The notes under the pieces are model-generated. The model made no database searches. It was given only the letters and a program-made list of their open reading frames with translations, and was not told the DNA's origin. From Glaucostegus cemiculus (Eukaryota), in contig CDPCPM010000344.1 of the NCBI GenBank assembly GCA_976551045.1, positions 1,674,001 through 1,738,000 of the forward strand: DNA of 64,000 nt, read 5' to 3'. The translations under genes and the position numbers were made by a program. Below, in pieces: positions 50,701 to 62,700 of this stretch. The stretch's first letter is position 1, and each line of letters starts with the position of its first letter.

Positions 50701-53700
50701 ACCGATCCCTGCGGGACACCACTAGTCACAGTCCTCCAATCCGAGGGCACTCCCTCCACCACAACCCTCTGCTTTCTACAGGCAAGCCAATTCCTGACCC
50801 ACACAGCCAATCTCCCCTGGATGCCTCGACCTCTGACCTTCTGAAGAATCCTGCCATGAGGAACCTTATCGAACACCTTACTAAAATCCATATAGACTAC
50901 ATCCACCGCACTGCCCTCATCAAGCTTCGTCGTCACCTCCTCAAAGAATTCTACCAGGCTCGTGAGGCAAGATCTTCCCTTCACAAAGCCATGCTGACTG
51001 TCCCTAATCAGTCCGTGATTCTCCAGGTGTTCATAGATCCTCAACGAGGACTCAAAGATCCTCACCAGCAGATCAACAATCTCCTCCCTCGCCTCTCGAA
51101 GCAGCCTGGGGAATATTCCGTCAGGTCCCGGAGATTTATCCGTCTTGATATTATTTAACAATTTCAATGCCTCCTCCCTCTCGATAGCTACATACTCAAG
51201 AACATTACCCTTATCAGCACTCTCTGTCGCATCATCCAGACCCCTCTCCTTGGTGAATACGGAAGAGAAGTATTCATTCAGTACCTCCCCTACTTCTGCC
51301 ACCTCCAGGCACATTTATCCTCCCACCTTTATCCTTAATCAGACCTTAGAATGTCCTTAAGGATCTTCCTTTACCGCATAAAGGTCCAGAACAGATCCAG
51401 GCTGTGTTTCCACAGAATCTGTTTTTCTCCAGATTCCAGCATCAGCGGTCTCTTGTATCATCAAATGTATGAACATAACTTCACTGAAAAGCCACTATCC
51501 CTTGCAAAATAGAAGAAATGTCACTTTAAAGCCCCATTTAAATCTAATATGGAATATATACTTCCTTTAAACTTACACATACTTCCTTTCAGTAAAACTT
51601 AATTTCTTATTGTCATATTGTGATCAGTTTATGTATTTTCTTTCTCCATTAACTATCCAAGTCCATGTTCACACTGGGAACTGCCTGAGTGAACGATGTC
51701 CTGTAATTACACCATCCCAGCAGTGGGGGCACTGGAGTAGCCCAGAACTCTGTGAGCCCAGCTTCCAATCCTTCAGCACAGGGAACACTGTACCCTCTAA
51801 CACCTAGAATCAGTAACATGTGCAAATGAGGACAGTGTGAAATTTACAAAATCGAAACCTCTCACTGACCCAATAAACTTCCATCCCTTTACCCCTACTT
51901 TGCCTTAATTATTGCCTATTATTCTTGGACTTCTCAGGCCGTCAGTGATCAACAATACACACTCATTTTGTGCTGCTATAATTTGTGCCAGTTTAATCCC
52001 AGTTACCTAACTTTCTGTTTCAGATTCCTTCTGCCCAGCTACAGGATTCTGGAACCTACTCCTGTAGGTCAACGAATATGTTCGGCACGGCAGAGGCACA
52101 GGTGGAGGTCATCGTTGAGCGTTCAGCCTCCACGCCTCAGGCTCCTCAGGTTACTGCGGAAGAGCCTTCAATAACCACCACGGCAGGCCAGACTGCTACC
52201 CTGCGTTGCTCAGCGACTGGTACGGCATGACATTGGCAGTGTCTAGTGTGGATGATAAAGCATTTTGGATTTCATTGATTGCTTCACCCCCCTCAGCCCT
52301 GTCTGGCCTACTTAGACCTTTTGTAGTATTGCGAATGTAGGCTCACTCTTCATGAGATGAACATTTCATACAATTACCTTGAAGGGATGGTCTTTACTGA
52401 CCAGGCTCATTGCCTGGTACTGGGTCCAGTATGGCCTCTCCTGTAGTCTCCTGAATCCTGGACACACCTGATAAACTCTGCCCCATCTATCCCCTTTTAC
52501 ACTAAGGAGGTGCCAATCAATATTAGGGAAATTGAGATCACCCATGACAACAATCCTGTTATTTCTGCACCTTTACAAAATCTGCCTCCTGATCTGCTCC
52601 TCAGTGTCTCTGCTGCTATTGGGGGGGGGGTGGGCGTTTCTGTAGAATAGTCCTAATAGAGTGATCGTTCCCTTCCTGTTTCTGACTTCCACCCACACTG
52701 ACTCAGTGGACGATCCCTCCAGGACATCCTCCCTTTCTACAGCTGTGACACTGTCCCTGATCAGCAAAGCCACTCCCCCACCTCTTTTTACCTCATCCCT
52801 GTCCCTTTTGAAACATCTAAACCCCAGAATATCCAGCAGCCATTCCTACCCTTGTGACAGCCACGTCTCTGTGATGGCCACAACGTCGTAGCTCCATGTA
52901 CTTACCCATGCTCTAAGTTCATCACCCTTGTTCCTGATACTTCTCACATTAGACACACTTCAGCCCATCCAATTGACTGCAATTTTGCTGTTTCAACCGC
53001 CTATCCATCCTCACAGTCTTTCTACACTCTGCATCTACTTGTACACTAAATGCACCAACCTCTAACCTATCACTCGGGTTCCTGTCCCCCTGCCAAACTA
53101 GTTCTCCATTGTATTCCTATGTTCCTAATTTGATTCTGTCGAACACTTTACCTGGATTATTTTGGAAAATTTGTAATTTTGAGAACTTGAAATAGCTTGC
53201 CACAGATTTTCCCCTTGTAGAGACCAAACCCAACTTCTCTTTGTTGCTGTTCTTGACTCAAGCTCCTGAGATCCTGGAATTACCTTTGCACCTTGGTGTT
53301 TTACCCAAACAAGGAAGGAGTATCCTCCTCTAAGAGATTTGATGCTTTCTTATTATTGGACCGATGATTAAGGAATCAGTAACTAGTTACAGTAAAACTA
53401 GTCTAAGGTGATGATTAGCAGAAGAACACATTCTAGAATTGATGCAGTGGTATTGTTGTTACATGGGGCACTGGTCAGTACAGAATGGGTCAATAGTTGT
53501 TCTCAAAGGCCATCCAAAGAGATGCTTGCCTTCAGCTGAGCCCAGGACCTGTTTATACTACTGCAGGAGTGCTACAATTACATTGGGAATGGTACAGCAA
53601 CGTGGGAATAAGAGGGCCCTGCTCACAAGAGTGTACTGCGTCACTCCCACTGCTTTAGTGGCCTTTCAGCCCCGTGCAGTGGTTACATTCCCACCTTAAT

Positions 53701-56700
53701 TCACACAGAATATCTATTAGGTTTTTTCTTGCTGCTTCCTGTTTAGCAGAGATCATTAATGGGTTGAAATTAGTTTGGAGACTCCTCTTGGCCCCTTCCT
53801 GCACTCTCTAATCTGATGTCGGCATTTCACCTCTCACATTATTGTCCTCCTTATGTTCCTCTGATTTGAGTAATTTTGTAAATGAACCAACATTGGAAAT
53901 TGTGTTTTATAGCTACTTGAAATTTCCAGTGAGATTCACACTAGTTTTAAACTTTAAACCTCTGAAGAAAGAAACCGCTCATAGAATTTTAAAGAGAATT
54001 TTTAAGAATGAAGGTACTGTATATAGCATTAAATGCCTTGTCCTCATGAGAGCAAAAGAGGATCAAATGTGAAATGTGACTTCTCGTTTGAATTAACCTT
54101 TGATTTCCCCTCTGGACTGTAGGTTATCCCACTCCAATTATTCAGTGGTCGAAACTGCGGGCCCCGTTGCCATGGCAGCACAAGATTGTTGATGGATCAT
54201 TGGTTATCCCTAATGTGGGACTGCAGGATTCCGGCCAGTATATCTGCAATGCCTCCAATTCTGCAGGATTCAACGAACTCTTCATAATGCTGGATGTAGA
54301 AAGTAAGCACAGCCCCACTGGAACCCAACCAAAAAAATGGTCAGGTCAGGTGCCATCTGTGGAGAGAGAAACAGTTGATGTTTCAGGTTGATTATCTTTC
54401 ATCAGAACCACCCTAATTGAAAGAATCAGATTGAAAGATTGAATTGAAGGGTCATCAGACTGGATCGATAACTGTATTTCTCTCTCCATGGTAGCTGCCT
54501 GGTCACCTGAGTATTTCCAGCACCTTTTCCCAGTGTCTGTGGTATTTGCTGTTTGATTACAGCCTTGCTTGAAATGCGTTCGGCACTCTTTGAGAAAAAG
54601 AACATCTAGTCCATAATTTATATCTTTTTACTCAATGTGCAGACGTTAATCTGTTGAATATGCTGTGCAAAGAGCTGGAATTGCACTGAAGGTGGGTGGT
54701 TCTGGAGGTTACTGGGTGGGCAAGGAATGGAGAAGACCCATTTCTACAAAGTCATGATCCTGCATTGCTGACCACTCTGCTGCTAATATGAGGCCTTTGA
54801 TGTGTTGTTACTGTTGTAGTTCAGGAAACACAACAGCAAGCACAGACCACAACAATGATCCAACACAGTAGCACACCTACAGTCCTCCCCAGCTTACAAA
54901 CACCCAACTTATGTACAGCCTGGACATAGGGACAAGATGTTGGGTGATGGACTTGCTGGGGCTGCAGGCGTCTTCTGCCACCTCTGAACTTGGTTTGCAG
55001 CCATCTTTCTAACTTGAAACCTGTCGCCACCTGGTGAGGATTTGCAGTGGAACTGGTGCCTCACCGCTCCAGTGACCCAGGTACAATCCTGACCTCCGAT
55101 GCCGCCTTTGTGGAGTTTGCACATTTTCCCTGTGGCTGAATTCTAAAACTGGCACAAAGGTTTTGCAGGACCTTTTGAAGAGAGGAAGTTTTCCCCAGGT
55201 GACCTTAGCAACACTGAGTCAAAGTTTAGCTGGTTATTTATTTTGTTGTGTCAGGTGGATCTTGCACTGTATGAATAAAGCCCCTATATTTCCTGCATCA
55301 CAACAATGGGCACACTTTAAAGGAATTAATTCTGAGGCTGTGAAGGTTGCTCTATGAGTGCAGTTACATTCTTAGGCTTCAACTTGGTACCTGCACAATC
55401 AGTGGAGTTTCCCACGTAGGAGCCACCAGGAATTACAAACCTTCCTAATGTTGTGGGTTTGTTCCCAGTAAAGACGTTTAAAACATTGATGCTGCCTAAG
55501 AGGCATTTAGACAGACACATGAACAGGCAGAGAATGGAGGGATATGGACCATATGAAGGCAGATGGGATTAGTTTAGATTGACATCATGATGGGCACAGA
55601 CATGTTCTGTTCTGTGCTGTACTGTTCTATGTTCTGCCACAACACTGAGAAGCACTTGAAGAGCATTTTAATAATTTTATAAAATAATAATTAATCTGAA
55701 ATTATAAACTCATAAAGTCATTGAAAACATTTTATTGGAATAATTTAATTTAAATTTTATTAATATTAACTAAAATAAAGTTAAAAGAACACTTTGCCTA
55801 TTTCCCCGTATATTCACTTTGTTAACAAAGTTTAGTGACCTCATCCACGTGAATGGTCGGCTCCAGGAGCGTCAGATGTGGCTGCCCTGAACCTAAGGCA
55901 GGTGAAAGTGTTTCCTGCCTCAGCTCTGAGCTATGGAAGCGGCAGTGTGCCATCCACATGACCCTTAGTTATATACTCAGTGAATCCCGCTAACATTGAT
56001 GAATGTATTACCAATCATTTCTAGGTGTAGAATGAGACAGGAAGATTTGTCAGGATACGAGAACTCAGTGCTTTTTTTCACGAGATGCTGTAGAGTCTTG
56101 TTCCAGTGATTTGGGAGAGAGACAAGTATAGGGGCCTGGTATTATTGTTCCCGTTAAATAAAATAACAGTGCATCAGGACACTTTTAATGCCAGGGCCAG
56201 GTAGGTGAGAGGCCTAACAGCTGCATCAAGCTGTTGTCTATCTATTGTTCCTTGACGAGGCTGTTAGCTCTGGAACTGCACTCTCAGTGACGGGGGGGGG
56301 GGGAGATGCTGAGGTAGCAGGACTTGTCACAGGAGATGCTCAGTGACCTTTGCTGGTTTTAAACAACAAACAATGTGCTGGAGGAACTCAGCAGGTCGAG
56401 CAGCATCTGTGGGAGGAAAGGAGTTGTCGAGGTTTTGGGTCGAAACACTTTGCTGGTTTTAATTCTACTTGAGTCAGCAGTTGGCAACTTGATTGTATTT
56501 GGTGAAAATGATGATGTACTCAATCCCAATCCTGAAGTAACCATAGCTTTGAACTACATAGTGACACATGAACGATATCAACACATTAAGTCTGTCCTAA
56601 TGCTAAGTTATCCTGTTCCTTAGCCACACCATATGCCACCTTTGATGTCGACACTGTCACTGTCCGTGTGGGTGAGATCATCCGGTTACACTGCCTTTCC

Positions 56701-59700
56701 CACGGAACCCCACCAATCACATACGAATGGTCTAAAGTAAATGGAACCTTACCTGACCGGGCTATCAAACGCAATGGGATCCTACAGATTAACCTCGCCG
56801 TGGTGTCTGACTCGGGCAGGTACCGGTGTCTGGTGAAGAACAGGGTCGGTGAAAGTGATGCAATTGCAACAGTAAATGTGAAATGTGAGTACAGTGTCTT
56901 AATTCCCTTTCACTTTTCTACTCAATCTTATCTCCTTTTCCATTATAGTCACTTTCAAATGGGAAGTGGGTAAATGACAGAAGGGGGAAATGTTACGCTT
57001 ACTGTGGGGAATGAGGAGGGCATGTGGTGCTATTGGACATTTCTATCAAAGAGCTAGCACCGGCAGAGTTGGCCAAATGTCCTGTGTGCAGCGTGGTGCT
57101 TTGGATCCTTGAACTCAACATCCCTTAATTCGTTTCTTCTGACCCTGGATCAGAGTCACCAGAGACAGCACATGGATAAACATATCAACTTGACCCAAGA
57201 CTTTTTATCTGCAACTTAGCAGGCACGAGATTGTACCTGCAAATAACACAGCAGTTTGGTTGTTTTTAGGATGTGGTGGAAAACACAGAAAGGAGCAGAA
57301 AATGGAGATGCTCGTTTACTGACCAGAGCTCTGCATTTGCAGGGCGCTGATGGTTTGAGTGCTCATATGACAGGAGAGGCTGGGAAACCCGGTGGGTTTG
57401 GCCAGACACCTGCCTGTTCTGGGAGCTGTGTAGACTTGTGGTTAGGCTCGGGGTTTATCTATGGGGCTAGATTGATCAGCACTTAGTGGGGATCAGGAAA
57501 CCACGCCCTCCCTCACCTGATCTGTACTGGGGCCCAGTCTCAGCCACGGCCGGTAGAAGCTGAGGGAGGAAAGCCTTAAGCCAGCCAACAGCTGTGAGAG
57601 CATCTGAATGGCCTGCCAGCTGTAGAGGTGAGTGTTACAGGCCTTTTAAATACATCTCTTTAGTTAATGCACAGGCATTGTTGTTAGGGATTCTCCTAGT
57701 TGACAAGTGACAGGTGTGCAGCAGGCATGGGGTGAGGTCTAACTAATCCAGAGACTGTACCTTGCCACAGTCACAGAGGCAAACAGCCCACAGTGCGCAC
57801 ACAAACTATCCGCACCCATTTACACCAATCCTGTTGCATTCTCCGCACATTCCCCTCAGATTCTGCCATAAGTTTACACCAGCAGCAATTCACAGCAGCC
57901 AGTTAAATTACCAACCTGTGTGACCTTGGGATGTGGCAGGAGACCAGAGCCCTCAGGGGAAATCCACACAGTCACAGGCTGAAGTGCAAGCTCTGCAGGA
58001 GGCCAGGATTGGCACTGTGAGCCTGCGGCCATACTGTCTGCACCACTGTGCCACCTAGTAGACTGTAGAGAGAGGTTACAGACCTCACCTGGGTGGGTGT
58101 TGTGCCAGTTGAGACATGCCTACCTCTTGGAGGTTGTCCCAGCAGACTCGCTGGTGGTTTTCCAGGAAGGGCAGGGATCTCGGCAGCTACTATGGGTGAA
58201 GTATGTTCAAACACCACAACATGACAGTGACCAGAGCCTCTCTCTTCCCTTCTGTGCTGTTTACGACACCAGCTCCCCCAGCAGCACGAGTATCGCCGCA
58301 GATTGAGGTGAGAAACATCGGTGGCACTGTAGAATTCACCTGCTCTGTTATCGGTCACCCACAGCCCAGGATCGAGTGGTTAAAGGAAGGAGGACGTTTA
58401 CCACCCAATCACAAAATCACGAAAGGAGTCTTGAGGTAGGATGATTGTTATTTTCAACAGCAGGTATTCAGTATGGGATTGCAGGACGGGTGTTACCATT
58501 CGAAGAGAGATTCACAGGTGAAACCACATCTTAATATCGAGTGAATGATTGAAACAGCTGAACAATAACTAAAGGTCCAACTCTCAAACTCAGCTTGGAA
58601 GTGAAGGGTGCAAGTGAACTGTCTCAGAGATGAGAAAAATGAATAGAACAATTTAAGCCAGAGTATCACTTTAAATTAAACTGGATAGTTAGAAGTCAGA
58701 GACAGGGCTCAGCTCAAGGTAAATTGAGGGTTGATGTCAAGAAATATTTATTTGTGTGACCAATCCTTGGAATAAAATTGCAGATCAAAAACCTTGGAAT
58801 CCCAGAACCAACTAGAGAACACAATTTTGGTGTGGAGGTGTTAAGGGGTGTTTGTGTGTATATCGATGTGTGAAGAGGGGATGTGTGTTTTCCTCATTGA
58901 CTATCCTATAGACATCAGTTGAAGTAGGTCAAATGGCTCCCTCACACCTTCTATCATTAATGAAGCTATCAGTAAGGAAAAAATAGCAAGGCATCTGGAT
59001 AGAAATGGTTCCATCAGGCAGACACAGCATGGATTCAGGAAGGGCAGGTCCTGTTTGACAAACTTGCTGGAGTTCTATGAGGATATAATGAACGCAGTGG
59101 ATAGGGGGGAATAGGCGGATGTTGTACACTTGGATTTCCAGGAGGCATTGGCTAAGGTGCCACATAAAAGACTTATCCATAAGATAAGGATGCATAGAGT
59201 TGAGAGTAATGTATTAGCATGGATAGAGGATTGGTTAACCAATAGAAGGCAGGGAGTTGGGATAAATGGGTGTTTCTCTGGTTGGCAGTCAGTGGTGAGC
59301 GGGGTGCCACAGGGGTCAGTGCTGGGCCCACAACTGTTCACGACATACATTAATGATTTGGAAGAGGGGCCCGAGCGTAGAGTACCTAAGTTTGCTGATG
59401 ACACTAAACTGAGTGGAAAAGCAAATTGCGCAGAGGATGTGGGGAGTCTGCAGAGAGATATAGATAGGTTGAGTGAGTGGGCAAGGGTCTGGTAGATGGA
59501 ATACAATGTTGGTAAATGCAAGGTGATCTACTTTGGAAGGAAAAATAAAAGATAAGATTATTACTTAAATGGTGAAAGACTGCAGCCTGCTGTTGTGCAG
59601 AGGGACTTGGGAGTGCGTGTGCATGAATCACAAAAGGTTGGTTTGCAGGTGCAACAGGTTATCAGGAAGGCAAATGGAATGTTGGCCTTCATTGCTGGAG

Positions 59701-62700
59701 GGATTGAATTTAAGAGCAGGGAGGTTATGCTGCAACTGTACAGGGGACTGGTGAGGCCGCACCTGGAGTACTGCCTGCAGTTCTGGTCTCCTCGCTTGAG
59801 GAAAGATATACTGGCTTTGGAGGTGGTGCAGAGGAGGTTCACCAGGTTAATTCCAGAGATGAGGGGTTAGCCTATGAGGAGAGATTGAGTCGCCTGGATC
59901 TGTGTTCACTGGAATTCAGAAGAATGAGAGGGGATCTTATAGAAACATATAAAGTTATGAAATGGATAGATAAGATAGAGGCAGGAAGGTTGTTTCCACT
60001 GGTAGGTGAGGCTAGAACTGGGGGACATGGCCTCAAGATTCAGGGGAATAGATTTGGGATGGAGATGAGGAGAAACTGCTTTTCCCAGAGAGTAGTGAAT
60101 GTGTGGAATTCTCTGCCCAGGGAAACAACGCAGGCTACCTCATTAAATACACTTAAGACACATTTAGATAGATTTTTGCACAGTAGGGGAATTAAGGGTT
60201 ATGGGAAAAAGGCAGGTAGGTGGATCTGAGTCCACGGCCAGATCAGCCATGATCTTATTGAATGGCGGTACAGGCTCGACGGGCCAGATGGCCGACTCCT
60301 GCTCCTATTTGTTATGTTCTGAACCAGTCATCTGTATAATGTAATGTACATAGATAATTAAATCTTTGTTAAAGGGTACCATAAAAATAAAAATGAGAAT
60401 CTTATTGTTTCTAACGAGATAAATGCCTGAGCTAATGTGTAGTTTTTGTCATTGTTACAACAAAGTACCTTGATGTATTTCACATCGCTCCATTGTTTTT
60501 ATATGAAGAATTAATATTTGTCTGTGTTTTTGTTAAATGCTGACAATGCACCTTAGCAAATGGCTGCCACAAGAACACCTCACATTTCATAAACATTCCA
60601 AGGTGCTGCACAGAAACGTTATTGGACAAGCTGCTGCACATCATGAGCTGTCAGGACATGTGACTAAAAGTTTCACCCTTTGTTCAGTTATCTGAGCAGC
60701 CTGGTTGTTACAAAACTCCTCCACTTATCAGACATCAATATAATGTTCACTCTTTGGTATCTAAAATGTCCTTATGTGCAGTTTGTACATTGCTATATAT
60801 TATGCCTCACTAAATCCTCGAAATGTAATTAATATGTGGCTTCAAGGGCAGAAAACTCTTCACTGAATGACTTGTCCATGTGGTGGGCTCAAGTCTGGAG
60901 CATCATTGCATCCTTTCCACGTGCATGGATGAGTGCGGCTCGAACAACACTCGAGGCTCAGCTCCATCCGGGACAAGGGTAGATGACTGATGCCCAATCC
61001 TCCATTTTAAATGTTTACTCCCTCTATTACCATTGCAGCAGTGTGTACCGCCTGCAGAATGCACTTCACCAACTCACCAGGTCCCCTCTGGCAGCAGCTC
61101 CCAAACCCACAATCCCTGTCACCTTGAAGCTCAGAGGCAGCCAATGCAGGTAGCTGTAGCACGGCAGCCTGCCCGCAAGTCACAACCTACGCAGGCTTGG
61201 AAATACGTTACCAGTCCCTCACTGGGGCTCCCTGCTCTCTAAGTCCTGGAACTCCGCCCCAGTTGCTTCTTCTCTACAGTGACTACAATGTTTTGAGGTA
61301 TCTTACCTCAGCCACAATTAGGAGAGAGCAATAACTGGAGGCCTTGCTGCTAATGAACATAACCTGGAATTGAATTTAAACAAAACATATCCAGATTCCT
61401 TTTGAAAGTTCCTGTTGAATCTGTTTTCACCCCTTTTCCAGCAAGGCATTTCAGATCATTGCAGCTCAATCTAGTAAAATCACAGGTATCTCCTGCCATT
61501 GGAAACTGTTTCTCTCTAGTTACATGATCATAACTCCTCATTACTTAGTACCTATCTGTAATCTCATTTTAATGCTTTTGCTCTAAAGACAACAATTCAA
61601 TTTTATCCCATCTCTCCATTTAACTCATTCCCGGTATCAACCTGTTAACTTCCTCTTTACCCCCTACAAGACCTTGACATCCTCTCCTGGTCGTGTTTAT
61701 GCACATTGGAGCTTAGAAGACCCCACCCACCCCGGACATTCTCTCTTCTCCCCCCTCCCATTGGGCAGAAGATACAAAAGCCTGAAAGTACGTACCACCA
61801 GGCTCAAGGACAGCTTCTATCCTGCTGTTATAAGATCATTGAACGGTTCCCTAGTACGATATAATGGACTCTTGACCTCACAATCTACCTCATTATGACT
61901 TTGCACCTTATTGTCTGCCTGCACTGCACTTCCTCTGTAACTGTAACACTTTAGTCTGCATTCTGTTATCTTACCCTGTACTACCTCAATGCACTGATGT
62001 AATGAATTGATCTGTATGATCGGTATGCAAGACAAGTTTTTCACTGTACCTCGGCACAAGTGACAATAATAAACCAATGTACCAATTTAATTTACCAAGA
62101 ACGAGAGGTTATGTGATTGAAACATAAAAATTCTGAGGGGGATTGACAGGGTGGCTGCCGAGAAGATGATTCCCCTAGTGGAGGTACCTAGAACTTGGGG
62201 CAGACTTTCAGAGTAAAGGTTTGTCTATTTAAGAAGGAGGTGAGGAGGAATTCCTTTTCTGAGGCTCGTAACTCTTTGCAGTTCCCTGCTGCAGAGAGCT
62301 GTGGAGGCAGAGTTATTGAATGTATTCCAGATGGAGGCCAAGATACATTAGAGTGTTGTGCACAGTTCTGGTTGCCACACTGTAGGAAGAATGTGCTTAA
62401 ACCAGAGAGGGTGCAGAAAAGGTTCACAGGAATGTTGTCTGGACTGGAGGGCTTGAGTTATAAGGAGAGACTGGACAGGCCGGGACTGTTTTCCCTGGAG
62501 CGAAGGAGGCTGAGGGGTGACCTGATAGAGGTTTATAAAATCATGAGGGGCACAGATAGGATGGGTGGCCACTAGAGGAGTCTAAAACTAGAGGGCATAG
62601 GTTTAAGGTGAGAGGGGAAATATATAAAGGGGATCTGAGGGGCAAGTTTTTCACACAGAGGGCGGTGGAGTGGTAGAGCCAGTTACAATTATAACATTTA

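Noticed and set aside
49553-50722. 389-aa ORF as a domesticated RT gene
   Set aside because: It is a frameshifted, 5'-truncated CR1 ORF2 with near-identical siblings in the window.
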